Source of the DNA: Octopus vulgaris
Taxonomy: Eukaryota
DNA length: 64,000 nucleotides
NCBI GenBank assembly: GCA_951406725.2
Contig: OX597835.1
Coordinates: 36,332,001 to 36,396,000, forward strand
Direction: 5' to 3'
Every line of letters begins with the position of its first letter. The stretch's first letter is position 1. The notes beneath the pieces were generated by a model. The model did no database searches, was not told the origin of the DNA, and worked only from the letters and a program-made list of their open reading frames with translations. A program made the translations under genes and the position numbers. Positions 28,590 to 43,210 of the stretch are shown piece by piece.

Positions 28590-28625
28590 CTTTTACGTTT
28601 CGAGTCGAAGCTCTTCAACAGAAAA
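28590..28625 (-). ncRNA. Minimal HHR-like motif with variant core CUGUUGA
   Basis: TTT-CTGTTGA-A-GAG(CTTCGA)CTC-GAAA-CG-TA-AAA on the minus strand, in PLE-type insert ~28499-28695. Confidence 0.55.
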
Positions 28626-28817
28626 GAACACGAGGAAATAAACAGAGAGAGAATTTTTTAAAATCCTTTTGTATTTAGCGGGCACGGTGCGAGTAGTTTT
28701 GTTAAGCGGTCTCGATATTTATAATCCCGTAAATAATAATAATGGTATGTTTTTTTTATCAGCTTAAAAATTGTAGCGATCACGTTGCAAATGACTAAGA
28801 AAAATAACAGGGCATAT

Positions 28818-29200
28818 GGATGGAAGCACTCCGTCGGTTACGACGACGAGGGTTCCGGTTGATCCGAATCAACGGAACAGCCTGCTCGTGAAATTAACGT
28901 GTAAGTGGCCGAGCACTTCACAGACATGTGTACCCTTAACGTAGTTCTCGGGGATATTCAGCGTGACACAGAGAGTGACAAGGCCGGCCCCTTGAAATAC
29001 AGGTACAACAGAAACAGGAAGAGCGAGAGAAAGTTGTGTTGAAAGAGTACAGCAGGGATCACCACCACCCCTGCCGGAGCCTCGTGGAGCTTTAGGTGTT
29101 TTCGCTCAATAAACACTCACAACGCCCGGTCTGGGAATCGAAACCGCGATCCTATGACCGCGAGTCCGCTGCCCTAACCACTGGGCCATTGCGCCTCCAC
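28818..29200 (-). mobile_element. SINE family C, full length, tail type 4, 11-bp TSD
   Basis: ACAGGGCATAT at 28807-28817 and 29201-29211. Confidence 0.92.
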
Positions 29201-29246
29201 ACAGGGCATATAGGCCCTCGATAGAAAGAAGTAAGTTTTCCCACGC

Positions 29247-29312
<66 letters not shown>

Positions 29313-29317
<5 letters not shown>

Positions 29318-29563
29318 GGTTTGGAGATGATCTACAGGTATTGTATATTAGAAGAATGAGGTACTCAGAAATCTGGATGGTTTTATACTTACAGATATTT
29401 ATTAATATGCCACATGCTTTTATAAATCATATATTAGCGCTAGCGTCTACTCTAGTGGACGCAAGCGCTATTATATGTTTTTTATAAAAACATGTGGCAT
29501 ATTAATAAATATCTGTAAGTAAAAAACCATCCAGATTTTTGAGTACCTCATTCTTCTAATATA
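29313..29563 (-). mobile_element. Fold-back insert (~105-bp imperfect arms plus ~30-nt tail) in (TA)n
   Basis: Arms 29344-~29450 / ~29457-29563. Confidence 0.75.
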
Positions 29564-29609
29564 TATATATATGCATACGTATACATATATATATATATAT
29601 ATATATTTA

Positions 29610-29645
<36 letters not shown>

Positions 29646-31529
29646 CGTACACACACACCACGCACACACAGACACACACACACACTCAAACGTTGTTTCC
29701 TTCCTTCCTCATTTCTTTGTCTATTGGTTCTTCAGTTCAAGGCTTCGTCTGTACGTTTCTTCTTTGGTTTGTAGGTTCCCTGATACTTTGGTTTACCGAG
29801 TTGTCGATTGGTTTCTTCTTTTGCATCATGATTGGTAATTTAACTGACGAACCGTTTTATTAGTTCACTTGGTCCTCGATGCTTTGTTTAGTGAACCTAC
29901 AGGTTCATTGTTTGTTTTCTTTGTATTGTCTTGTTCATTTGCCCTTTGTTTTCTGTGATTCGTTGATTGGATGATGTTTTGGTTTGACGTCTTGTTGCTT
30001 ATTTTCCTCTTTAGTTCTGAGCGTCTATAACTCATATATTCGTCCTGTCGATTTATTTTCTGGTCCGTTGGTTCTTTGGTTCCTCGTTGTCTCTTAGGTG
30101 TGTTTGGCCTTCGTTTCTTTGCTTTGGTGACTCTTTAGTTTCTCGTCCCATTGCTTCCATTCTTCTTTAGGTCTTTGATACGTTCATTCAACAAGGTCGT
30201 TTAACTTTTGCGTAGTTTTCTTGTCGTTTTTCCTGCTTCGTTTTTTTGGTTCGTTGGGTCATTAATTCTGCAGCTCAATCTCTGGTTACTTCCTTCATTC
30301 ATCATTCCATTGTTTCATTGGTGCCATCTTTGGTTTACTAGTTCTTTCCTTGAGCATTAGCTATTTCTACCGTCGGCTTTTGTTTCCCTTATATCTATAT
30401 TTCGTTCTTTGTGTTGTTGTTTCATAGAATTGTGGTCATTGTTTCGTTGGTTCACTCATCGATTCCTTAACTCTTTGGGCTGAATCTCCATTGATTCGTT
30501 CGTGTATAAATCGATTCTTTGATTCATCGTTCGTTGCTTTGTTTTTGATTTGTTGGTTTATTGATTCATTACATAATTCTTTGTTGTTGTTTTTTCATTC
30601 CTGTTCTTTCTTTGATTCGTTGAATTTCATAGATTGGTTATCGATTCCTTGGTTCATTAATCAGTTGGTCCGTCGGCTCATTCGTATCTTACATCATTGA
30701 TCCACCGATTTGTTTGATTCAGCGGTTGACTGGTTCCTTGCTTCGTTGGTTCCCTGGCGTTTTGGTTCGTTGATTCGTTGATTCATCCACTGTGGTTCAT
30801 TAACTCATTGCTTCGTTCTAACTGTATCCTTCTTTGTCTCCTTGACTCTTTGGCTCTTTCTTTATTTCATTGGCTCATTAAATGGTTTGTTTGTTTGTTT
30901 GTTCATTGTTTTTTTCTTTTCTTTTTTTTCTTTTTCGTCCTTTGATATCACGGTTCATTGATTCCTCTGCATTTCGTCGATTCGTTTGATTCTTATAACG
31001 TTGTTTGAATAATTACTTCATTGATTCGTTGGTTTTATTCGTTCGTCGTTTGGCTTGTTCATTAATCCGTTGATTCTTTGTTTCGTTGAATCTTGGGTCC
31101 CTTCATTCCTTCATTCGTGGCTTTTCGGTTCGTTGGACCTTAGAATCGTTGGTTCATTTATTCATAGATTTCTTCTCAAACCTACTTGTCGATACGTTAG
31201 TTCCCTATTTCGATGACTCGTTTGTTCCTTATTTCAGTGATTCGTTGAGTCATTGACTCATTGTTCCTTCTTAAGCTCATTCATTCGTTGAACAATTGCA
31301 ACGTTGCTTCGTTCTTTTCGTTGTTCGTTGATTGCCCATTCATCCGTTGATTTCGTTTATTCCTGCGTTCGTTCATCGGTTACTTGATTGTTTCTTTCGC
31401 TGATTCGTTCGTAGTTTCATTGGTTCGTGCTTCGCTTCTGGTCTGTAGGGGAATCTTAGTTTATTGATATATCAGTTGGTTTGCTACTTCGATGGTTTCT
31501 TGTTTTGTCCAGTTCATTTGTTGATTCGT

Positions 31530-31542
31530 TTGGTTGGTTCGT

Positions 31543-31573
<31 letters not shown>

Positions 31574-32392
31574 TTGGTTGGTTGGTTGGTTGGTTGGTTG
31601 GTTGGTTGGTTGGTTGGTTGGTTGGTTGGTTGGTTGGTTGGTTGGTTGGCTGATTGGTTGGTTGGTTGGTTGGTTGGTTGGTTGGTTGGTTGGTTGGTTG
31701 GTTGGTTGGTTGGTTGGTTGGCTGATTGGTTGGTTGGTTGGTTGGTTGGTTGGTTGTTTGGCTGATTGGTTGGTTGGTTGGTTGGTTGGTTGGTTGGTTG
31801 GCTGATTGGTTGGTTGGTTGGTTGGTTGGTTGGTTGGCTGATTGGTTGGTTGGTTGGTTGGTTGGTTGGTTGGTTGGTTGGTTGGTTGATTGGTTGGTTG
31901 GTTGGTTGGTTGGTTGGTTTGTTGGCTGATTGGTTGGTTGGTTGGTTGGTTGGCTGGTAGGTTTGTTGGTTGGTTGGTTGGTTGGTTGGTTGGCTGGCTG
32001 GCTGGCTGGTTGGTTGGTTGGTTGGTTGGTTGATTTGTTGGCTGATTGGTTGGTTGGCTGGCTGGTTGGTTGGTTGGTTGGTTGGTTGGTTGGTTGGTTG
32101 GTTGGTTGGTTGGTTGGCTGGTTGGTTGGTTGGTTGGTTGGTTGGTTGGTTGGTTGGTTGGTTGGTTGGTTGGTTGGTTGGTTGGTTGGCTGGCTGGCTG
32201 ACTGGCTGGCTGGTTGGCTGGTTGGTTGGTTGGTTGGCTGGCTGGCTGGCTGGCTGCTTGGTTGGTTGGTTGGTTGGTTGGTTGGTTGGTTGGTTGGTTG
32301 GCTGGTTGGTTGGTTGGTTGGTTGGTTGGTTGGTTGGTTGGTTGGTTGGTTGGTTGGTTGGTTGGTTGCTTGGTTGATTGGCTGGTTGGTTA
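31530..32392. repeat. (TTGG)n array with CTGG/CTGA variants
   Basis: Direct reading; ~860 bp. Confidence 0.95.
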
Positions 32393-32941
32393 ATTTGTTA
32401 ATTTTGTGGTCCAGTGGGTAGTTTGTCGATCCCTTTGTTATTTCTTTCGTCCGTTAGTTTCGGTGTTTCACTGTTGTGTTCTTTAGTTTATTGGTTCTTC
32501 GTTCGTATTTCTAGACTAAATGTTTCCATCGTTGTTTCCGTTTATCCTTTGGTCCGTTCTTTGGGCAGCTATTTACATGGCGAAATGTTCATACCAACGA
32601 GCGAAAGCCAGCATCATAAGCTGAGCTAATTGCTAGTTAATAGCTATTAGTTATCAATTATTAGTTACTAGTGAATTTTTCTGTGAACATTTCAGACCTT
32701 GATAATCGAACATTTATTTAGCTGAAAAGATTAAAGATCTACTCAGTTAAATATGGGAGTAATGATTGTAGCTACTAGCAAGAAATTGTTTACCTGTAGT
32801 TATCTTCTTTCATCATTGTGCTGTATTTTTCAGCGTCTTTAAATACAAAAGATGCATCCTAGAATTTAAATGCAACTCTTGTTTCTCCTTTGACTCATTT
32901 CAAGGTGGCTCCCACTGTCAGTTTCAAGTGCTTTTTATACC

Positions 32942-33359
32942 TATTTCTTTACTACCCACAAGGGGCTAAACACAGAGGGGACAAACAAGGACAGACAAAC
33001 GGATTAAGTCGATTATATCGACCCCAGTGCATAACTGGTACTTAATTTATCGACCCCGAAAGGATGAAATGCAAAGTCGACCTAGGCGGAATTTGAACTA
33101 AGAACGTAGCGGCAGACGAAATACCTATTTTTTTACTACCCACAAGGGGCTAAACACAGAGGGGACAAACATGGACAGACAGACGGATTAAGTCGATTAT
33201 ATCGACCCCAGTGCGTAACTGGTTCTTAATTTATCGACCCCGAAAGGATGAAATGCAAAGTCGACCTCGGCGGAATTTGAACTCAAAACGTAACAGCAGA
33301 CGAAATACGGCTACACATTTCGCCCGGCGTGCTAACGTTTCTGTCAGCTCGCCGCCTTT
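32942..33359 (-). mobile_element. SINE family B, head plus 2 body units, 14-bp TSD
   Basis: GTGCTTTTTATACC at 32928-32941 and 33360-33373. Confidence 0.92.
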
Positions 33360-33634
33360 GTGCTTTTTATACCACTTCTCTGCTTGAGAGCGGCAGGAAC
33401 AGACGAACGACTAACACTGCTTCCTCTCCTTCCGTGTTCGTTTTAACGGTGAACACCAGAGTGTGTCTTTCATTCTCTACAATCATGGACAAAAGTTTGG
33501 AACATAGGTCTGAAAATTAGAATTTTTAGATTAAACGCCCAAACATATACGTTGTATGTGTTTGAATTGTATTTGGGCATAATAATTTTAACATATACAA
33601 AATAAAAAATGCTCCAAACTTTTGGCTACGATAT

Positions 33635-33786
33635 AGGCGTAGGAGTGGCTGTGCGGTAAGTAGCTTGCTTACGAACCACATGGTTCCGGGACAGTCCCAT
33701 TGCGTGTCATCTTGGGCAAGTGTCTTCTACTATAGCCTCGGGCCGACCAAATCCTTGCGAGTGGATTTGGTAGACGGAAACTATAT

Positions 33787-33830
<44 letters not shown>

Positions 33831-34087
33831 GTGTGTATGTGTGTGTGTGTGTATGTGTGTGTGTGTATGTATGTGTATATGTTTGTGTGTGCGTGTTTGT
33901 CTCCCCAACAATGCTTGACAACCGATGCCGGTGTGCTTACGTCCCCGTAACTTAGCGGTTCGGCGAAAGAGACCGATAGAATAAGTACTAGGCTTACAAA
34001 GAATAAGTCCTGGGGTCGATTTCTTCGACTAAAGGCGATGCTCCAGCATGGCCACAGTCAAATGACTAAAACAAGTAAAAGAGTAAA
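33635..34087 (+). mobile_element. SINE family A, full length
   Basis: Homology to 11640-12055. Confidence 0.9.
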
Positions 34088-34099
34088 TGTGATGGTATG

Positions 34100-34490
34100 T
34101 GGGCTTGATTTTTCTTTGCAGCAGACATCCATTCATTTTCTTTGTTCACTAATCCTGCGAGGATTGCTGGAGATCCTCACTACCCCTGTGAGAATCCTAT
34201 CAGAAGCAATCATCATGGCACTTTCCACTTGAATAACCAATCCTGACCGAATAACCAATCCTGACCAATTGAGACTATGCGTGTCATCCAACCATCTCGT
34301 TCTCAGCTTCAAGGATCCATGTTGCAATTCTTTTCTGTGGCATTCTAATCACATGTCTGTGGTACCGGAGCTGTGACCATTCAATGAGGCTCGACCAGCA
34401 GAGACTTTTTGATCGTCGAGCTTATACACCCTGTGGAGTAGCATTATACCAAAGATCCTTTGGATCCGAAGACTCATGAAATGCCTGATA
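34100..34490 (-). pseudogene. RTE-clade LINE 3' fragment, degraded
   Basis: IEWSQLRYHRHVIRMPQKRIA and RTRWLDD...IASDR motifs. Confidence 0.65.
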
Positions 34491-34529
34491 TCTTTAATTC
34501 TTGAAACAATATATCACTCTCCTGCACTT

Positions 34530-35420
34530 TACGGAAAGGAACATCCTTCAGCTTCTTATCCAAATCGTGTTGAAAGATACTTGTAGCACTATGTACCCGA
34601 AATGGAAGCAAGAGAATTAATAGAGGCCATGCTGAGTGTTAATAGTAACCAGATCGTGTGTTTTGTCATCTAAGTCAATGTGATGACATACGTGATTTAA
34701 ATCAAGCTTACTAAATTTTCATCTTTTAAGGTAACCAATAAATCTTCAGTTTATGATACCGGATGTGTGTCAAAAGGTGTGGACTTATTTAAGACCAGCA
34801 ATTTCTTTGGGCACTGGAGCAAAAGGGAAACGCCCAACAAGAATATTCGGGATTTTTAATGAGACATCGTCTCTTCAGTCAATCCACTTCGCAGTTCATC
34901 CCTTTATTGAATAAGGCACAGGACGAGCTCTACAGAATAGTGGTGTTGCCCTCTTATTAACAGGTAACTTTACTGTAAAAATCCTTTAAACATTCCCTAT
35001 CTTGCCGCTTAACACGGTTTCAAACTCAATTAGAAGTTCCTCCAATTTCAACGGCATCTCTTCTCCCAACCAAAAGTATTATGGCTCTCCATTTTAGATT
35101 GACTTTCTTCATCCAATTTCAATCCAGAAGCGTGAGAACCCTAACTTTAACAATCAGTAACGGCGACAGATTCTTACTCCTTTCGTACAATACACCAACG
35201 TCAGTCACATCACACAACTTCACCAATTCTTCGGTATGCGTTTTCAAACCCATCGATATCTTGCGCAAATGCTTCAAATCGCTGTTTCTTGGAATTCCTC
35301 AAACACACCGTCCTACACTTTAAAAAAAGAAACATTACACAATGTAGATCTGGACAATGGACAAAATGGACTTCGGACAAAATACTTAACGACATTTTTC
35401 CAGCTCTTCAAGCTACCCGT
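34530..35420 (-). pseudogene. Gypsy/Ty3 LTR-retrotransposon pol fragment (protease C-term to RT)
   Basis: LKTHTEE..PLLIVK, PLFCRARPVPYSIK, KFSKLDL..LDDKTHDLVTINTQHGLY, LPFRVHSATSIFQ across frameshifts. Confidence 0.8.
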
Positions 35421-35449
35421 CGAGTAGTTGTGGGCGGTCAAACACAAAG

Positions 35450-35732
35450 AGACATGCATATGTGGCCTAGTGGTTACGGGTGTTGTACTCAGACCGGCCA
35501 CACGTTGTGTTCTTGAGCAAACACAAAACATTTCGTTTCAAATTGCTCCTGTTCACTCAGCTGTAAATAGGTTATTCCGCAACAGACAAGCTTTTCGATC
35601 AGGGCAACTGCTGGTCTTCTCGCCTAGCCAGAGAGGTGGGCATCATTCGAAAGCAAAAATGATACGAAGGGCATTGTGACCAGCGATGTATAACAACATC
35701 CGATAGTCTGGTCAGAACCGTGATACCGTGAT
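35450..35732 (+). mobile_element. Diverged tRNA-derived SINE with tail type 2
   Basis: Tail matches 15385-15485. Confidence 0.65.
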
Positions 35733-36008
35733 TTATATATATGTGACGGGTTTCTGCATAGGTTACCATCTACCACATTCACTCACAAGGTAATGGTTAT
35801 CCCCGGGGATAAAGTTTTAAAAAAACACTTGTCCAACGTGTCATGCAGTCGAGCTGAACCCGAAACCGTAGGGCTAAAAATTGGGCTGAACCCGAAACCG
35901 TGGGGCTATAATGACCCAAATTTTAACCCAGTTACGAAAGTTATGGCCGTCTTGAATCAGATTTTCTATGTGTGTATGCATACGTGTGTGTGTGTGTGTG
36001 TGTGTGAG

Positions 36009-36082
<74 letters not shown>

Positions 36083-36249
36083 TGTGTGTGGAAATGAGGT
36101 ACATAGCTTTTGTATTCTGCTTCAACTGCATGGCTTAGTTTTTCTAAATTATATAGTCTGGATTATTAAGCACCAGGAATGGCTCCTGATAATCTATGTG
36201 TGTGTATATAAATATATATATATATATATATATGCGTGTGTGTGTATGT

Positions 36250-36288
<39 letters not shown>

Positions 36289-36364
36289 CATATATATGAA
36301 TTTTTTGCGTAATGAGATAAAGAAACCAAGGCTGTATAGATATTAGAGCTTTTATAGATAGAAG

Positions 36365-36419
36365 GTCTTACAGCTGTTTCTAGAATATTAATTGATAATA
36401 ATATCCCTTCATCGGAGAC
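36365..36419 (-). ncRNA. Type I HHR with variant core CCGAUGA (in PLE-type insert ~36298-36744)
   Basis: GTCT-CCGATGA-A-GGGATATT(..)AATATTCT-A-GAAA-CAGCTG-TA-AGAC; palindromic stem III ACAGCTGT. Confidence 0.7.
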
Positions 36420-36940
36420 GGTGTGAGAGGAAAAATTAAGTCATAGTTAGTTTCGATGTAATATAAATAGAGAGTGAGATGGAGGAAAGAAAATAGATGT
36501 AAGATATGTATGGTTATTGAGTTCATAAATCCGTTTTATAGGCATAATGGTATATATGTGTATTATTCCAATATCCTTTGAGTAAAATCCAAAAGTCCAA
36601 CAGAGTTTGATATGAGTTCATCCAGATTCACAACATTACCGAATCTGGAACTTAACTATGGTCTGTCTATAGCACTTATTCAGCATTACCTGACAAATTT
36701 GGGTCTCAATGACACCATTATCTCTTATAACCTCATCTTCTCGTTATATATATATGTATATATATATATATACACACTCACACAAACATACCTACATGCG
36801 TATAAAGGCTATTTCAAGACTGCTATAATTTTCGCATAGACACACACACATGCACACACGCACACACATACACATACCTACAGACACCCACACACATACA
36901 AATATATATAATATATATATTTATACATATATTTTCATAT

Positions 36941-37030
<90 letters not shown>

Positions 37031-37174
37031 GTGTGTATATATATATATATATAAAGTACATAGTCATGTTTTGTAAATTCTGTTATACTACACCTTTTCT
37101 AAGTATGTGCTTAGAACTTTGTGGTCAATAAAGAAATTGTCGTTGTTATCACTATTAGTATATCATCATTTCTA

Positions 37175-37301
<127 letters not shown>

Positions 37302-37597
37302 TGGAGGAGGAGGAAGAGCAGGAGGAATGGCGTCATCATCATCATCGCCATAACTCCTATATCGTACAATTAACTAAGCTACATGACTTCCATCGAAATG
37401 AATACGTTTTGTGTTGGTTTCTACACAAGCTCTAATGGCCAGTATAACATACATACATACATACATACATACATTCAATATATACACACACATATACATT
37501 ACACACTTACCTACCTTGTATGTAGAAATACATATAAACTTTCGTACGTATGCATGTATGTAACATATATGTGTAGGTATATAATGTACTTAGATAC

Positions 37598-37670
<73 letters not shown>

Positions 37671-37711
37671 CACACTACATGTATAACACGTATATACACA
37701 TACACATTACT

Positions 37712-37743
<32 letters not shown>

Positions 37744-38324
37744 TATATATATGCATGTATATATATATTTATGAATGCTTGTAATGTTTATGTGTATGCA
37801 TCTAATATACGTGGATACCTATATACATATATATATATATGTAAGTACCTATACAACAGATAATAGATAGGTTTAGAAGAAGAAGAAGAAGAAGAAGAAG
37901 AAGAAGAAGAAGAAGAAGAAGAAGAAGAAGAAGAAGAAGAAGAAGAAGAAGAAGAAGAAGAAGAAGAAGAAGAAGAAGAAGAAATTCAAATAAATATAAA
38001 TAGAAACAAAACTCCAAAACTCCAAAACTCCAAAAAGAGAAGAAAAAAATGGCTTTCTTTGAAGAATACAGCAAGATTATCAATTTAGTGCCGTCACATA
38101 GCTGTCCTATTGAATTGGTAGTCAATGTGTTAAAGACCTTACTTCGAATGGAATTCCAGAGGGTAATAAGTTAAGAGAAAATGCCATCAAACGCCGCCAC
38201 GTATCATCTGCTAAAATGGCAGAACAAAAAGCTCTGACTCCCCTTCATTTAAACCATTTCCAACCAGTCGGAGAGAATGAAATTAAATGGTAGGAGAAAC
38301 AGAACAATCACAGAGTTCAGAAAA

Positions 38325-38364
38325 GTATTATTGTTATTGTTATTGTTATTATTATTATTATTAT

Positions 38365-38418
<54 letters not shown>

Positions 38419-38590
38419 CAGCAGCAGTAGTAGTGGTAGTGGTGGAGGTTGCGTTGATGGTGCTTGTAATAGTAATAGTGAAAGCAGTGGTGGTGATTAC
38501 GGTGGTGGTGGTGGTGCGGGTGGTGCTGGTAGTGTTGTTGGTGGCAGTAAATGTAATGGTAGTGATGCTGGAGGTGGTGGCAGCGGCGGT

Positions 38591-38633
<43 letters not shown>

Positions 38634-38924
38634 AGGGCCGTGATAGTAGTGCCAGTGGTGGTAGTGGTGGAGGTTGCGTTGATGGTGCTTGTAATAGTAA
38701 TAGTGAAAGCGGTGGTGGTAATTATAGTGGTGGTGGTAGTGGTGCCTGTAGTGGTGGTGGGGGTGGAGGTACCAGTAGCTGTAGCAGCAGTGGTTGTGGT
38801 GCTGTTGGTGTTGGCGGTGGTGGTTGTGGTGGTGGTGGTGGTAGTGGTGTTGGTAGCAGTAGTTGTAATGGCAGTGATGCTGGAGGTGGTGGCAGCGGCG
38901 GTGTAGTAGTAGTAGTAGTAGTAA

Positions 38925-38974
<50 letters not shown>

Positions 38975-38975
38975 A
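38325..38975. repeat. Compound (TAG)n/(GGT)n array with internal duplication
   Basis: GTGGAGGTTGCGTTGATGGTGCTTGTAATAG and GTGATGCTGGAGGTGGTGGCAGCGGCGG each occur twice. Confidence 0.85.
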
Positions 38976-39196
38976 CAACATCAAGAATGCCGATGATGAT
39001 TACAAGACTGCAATTAAGTGCGGCGAACAAGATACCTTATGACTGACAACAACAACATCAATAATAAAAAAATTAGATCTAAAAGATTTAAATGTAAAAA
39101 AATATATAAATATTTCTATTTAAACAAATGTTTTGACAAAGAACGTTGCTTTTTAATTTTCAACATACATACAGACACAAATATACACTCACACAC

Positions 39197-39258
<62 letters not shown>

Positions 39259-39591
39259 AAACAAAACTGAGTGCATGTATGTATATATGTGTATATGTGT
39301 TTGTGTTTGTGTTGTGTGTAGGCGTATGTATATATAGATGCACATACGCATATTTATATCTATATACATCTACATCTATATCCATATACCTATATACATA
39401 TGTGTGTGTGAGTGTATACATAAATTATAGACGTGCACATACAGACGCATACACATATATTTATATTTATACATAAACATATATGTTGATATATATATAT
39501 ATACATTTGTGTGTGTGTGTGTATGTATATGTATATATATACACACACATATTTATATATATATATATACACATACATACGCATATATACA

Positions 39592-39639
<48 letters not shown>

Positions 39640-40323
39640 AGTATGTATGTATGTATGTATGTATGTATGTATGTATGTATGTATGTATGTATGTATGTAC
39701 GTTTATGTATATGTATGTATGCGTATATACATACCTATACCTACGCATATGTACCTACATACCTACACAGTCATGCATTTTCGTCACTTATTTGCGAAAC
39801 AAAAACCGATTCCAACCACTGGCACAAAATAAATATCTGCGGCTATTCTAAACTGGTTTCAATGTGAATCACGAAATTGTCAATCTCCACTGTGCTGTCT
39901 CTGAAAAGACACCATTCTTCCAGAGAACTCCAGTTCTTTGTCAGTGAGCTCGCAAAAGCTTCTTTCTAACCTCCTTTTCACGTAGAATCGCATGAAATTG
40001 AAAAGTTTCGAAACGGCAATTTAAACCAATTATCACAGATTTTGTTAATGTATTATCAGATTTCATCAATGAATGCCTTCGCGCTACATGCATGTATGAT
40101 CTTACACGCGCAGAACGACCGTACGTTCGCATTCGAGACTGTACGCTCACACACGCGAAAAACACGTACATACAAATACACACACACACACACACACACA
40201 TACTGGCGTACGTACACGAACAGATTCACAGAAAGAGTTTACACACATGCAAAAACCATACATATGCCCTCACACTAACATACAATAAGCACCTGGGCAT
40301 TCAAGTGTGCATGCGTATGTATA

Positions 40324-40357
<34 letters not shown>

Positions 40358-40441
40358 ATTATATCTATATATATATATATATATGTGTGTATGTATATGT
40401 ATGAATATATATGTATGTTTGTATGTACGTATGTATGCATG

Positions 40442-40479
<38 letters not shown>

Positions 40480-40627
40480 CATATACATATACATATATAT
40501 ATACATGTATATATATGTATGTATATGTATGCATGTATGTATGTATTCACGTATGTATATATATATAATTATGTATATGTGTGTGTATACATATAAATAT
40601 ATACGTATAGTTATATACATATAAATT

Positions 40628-40691
<64 letters not shown>

Positions 40692-40836
40692 ATATGCACA
40701 TATATAGACACATATACATATATATATATCATACATACACACACACATATTTATACCCAAATATTTATAGATATAAACATATATTTCACACATTCGCACA
40801 TACGCATACACATGTGCGTGTTAGTGTAAGCGACCC

Positions 40837-40879
<43 letters not shown>

Positions 40880-41061
40880 AATCATATGCTTACGCGTGTA
40901 TTCCAGTTGTCTTTTTGTATCTTATAAAATGAAAGATCTATATATAAGATTCGGGTTGGTTGAGGGAATAGAGGACGAAGAAGCTGCGATTCGTGAACCG
41001 CTTTGACTGGTCATGCTGCGGCATACGTGTGTGTCTGTGTGTGCATACATACATACATACA

Positions 41062-41097
<36 letters not shown>

Positions 41098-41134
41098 TAT
41101 ATATACATATGCATATACATATACATATACATAC

Positions 41135-41189
<55 letters not shown>

Positions 41190-41413
41190 CGCACACACAC
41201 CCATACATACATACATATATATATATATACATACACATGCATACAAACATATATGCAAAAAGTGAGCTATGTTAAAAGGTTTCTTCCCAACCACATGGTT
41301 CTGAGTTCAGTTCTACTACTCGGTACTTTGGCCATAGGTCTTCTATTATAGCCTTGGGCCAACCAGAACCTTGTGAGTTGATCTTACGGACCGAAACATC
41401 GTATATGAGTATG

Positions 41414-41497
<84 letters not shown>

Positions 41498-42016
41498 TGT
41501 GTCTTTGAAAAGAGTTGTGTGTGTTTGATTGTGTGAAAGGCAGACAGTTTGTGTGTATGTTTGTGTGTGAAAGATAGAGCGTGTGTTTATGTGTGTGCGT
41601 GTATGTTTTGTGGGAGAGAGAGTGTGTGTGTTATGTGTGTGGGAGAGACAAAGCACGTGTTACATGTGTGTGTGTGTTTGTATGTATGTGTGTTTGTGTG
41701 TGTATATTTGTGCGTGTGTGAGAGTGTGTGTGAGTGTGCGTGTGTTTGTGTGTGAGTGTGCGTGTAAATGTGTGTAAGTGCGTGTATCTGTGTGTGAGTG
41801 TGAGCGTCTGCACATACACACATATATACACACACACACACACACAGAAACCAACATTGCCATACTTTCATCTCAACACCCAACAGACGACCATAAATCT
41901 ATTTATGTGTATTGTGTTCTTATGGTGCTAAGATGTCCATTGAAATCTAATTCTTGTAGATCCATCATGTTTTGGGAGTTCTGAGCTTTTGTTGTTTGTT
42001 GTTTTTCTGCTTTTGT

Positions 42017-42238
42017 TTAACCCTTTCGTTACCAACCCGGCTGAATCCGGCTCTGGTTCTGTAGTACATGTTTTGTTCTCATAAGTTTTGAATTAAAATC
42101 TTCTACCAAACCTTAGTCACAGTTTATGTTCCAAACACTAGCTTAATGATAACTAAGTTATTTTACTAAATTCTTTATTATATTTAAAGTAATTGAAAGA
42201 AACACAGAGAATCTCAAAATAAATACAGTAACAAAAGG
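42017..42238. mobile_element. piggyBac-like MITE
   Basis: TTAA-CCCTTTCGTTAC left end and GTAACAAAAGG right end (damaged). Confidence 0.55.
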
Positions 42239-42257
42239 AAGGGATTTTGTTTTATTA

Positions 42258-43210
42258 CCAAGTGTCATCTACTACAGTCTTGGGCCGCTCAATGCCTTGT
42301 GATTGAATTTGGTAGGCGGAAACTGAAAGAAGCTCGTCATATATAAATACGTGTGAGTATGTGTGTGTATGCGTTTGTGTTTCTGATTGTCCCCCCACCA
42401 CTGCTTGACAACCGGTATTGGTGTGATTACGTCCAGTAAATTAGCGGTTCGACAGAAGAGACCGATAGAATAAATACCAGGTTTTAAAAGAATAAATACC
42501 AGGTTTTAAAAATATATCAGATCAATTCATTCGACTAAAAGATCTTCAAGGTGGTGCCCCAGCATGGCCATAGTCTAATGACTGAAGTTAGTAAAAGATA
42601 AACACAAAATATTGTCATTCGGGTGGCGAACTGGCAGAATCGTTAACACGCCGGGTATAATGCATAACAGTATTTCGCCCATCTTTACGTTCTGAGTTCA
42701 AATTCCACCGAAGTCGACTTTGCCCTTCGTCATTTCGGAGCTCGATACAATACGTACTCGTTGAGCATTGGGGATCGATGCAATCGACTCCCCCCTCACC
42801 CTGAATAGCTACTTGCCCTGTGCAAAACTTTGAAACCATTATCATTAAGGCGTTGAGCTGATTGCATCGTTAGCGCATGAGACATTTCAAACGGATCCTT
42901 ACGTTCGAAGTTCACAAAACGCCGAGGTCAGTTTTGTCTTTCATTGGGGATCGATGCAATCGACTCCCCCTCACCCTGAATAGCTACTTGCCCTGTGCAA
43001 AACTTTGAAACCATTATCATTAAGGCGTTGAGCTGATTGCATCGTTAGCGCATGAGACATTTCAAACGGATCCTTACGTTCGAAGTTCACAAAACGCCGA
43101 GGTCAGTTTTGTCTTTCATCCTTTAAGGGTCAACAAAATAAAAATTATGTTATTCGATTACACCGACTAACATACTCCCCTCCACCAAACTGCTGGCCTT
43201 GTGTTAAAAT
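42258..43210 (+). mobile_element. Cluster of old SINE A and B copies with a recent 176-bp tandem duplication (42766-43119)
   Basis: CATTGGGGATCGATG... starts at 42766 and again at 42942, near-identical. Confidence 0.8.

Noticed and set aside
31530-32392. (TTGG)n as telomeric repeat
   Set aside because: Molluscan telomeres are TTAGGG; this is interstitial and grades into decayed microsatellite.
39780-41030. Unique stretches (39780-40145, 40930-41025; also 51440-51655) as host exons
   Set aside because: No recognisable protein similarity and no consistent splice-site/frame combination.
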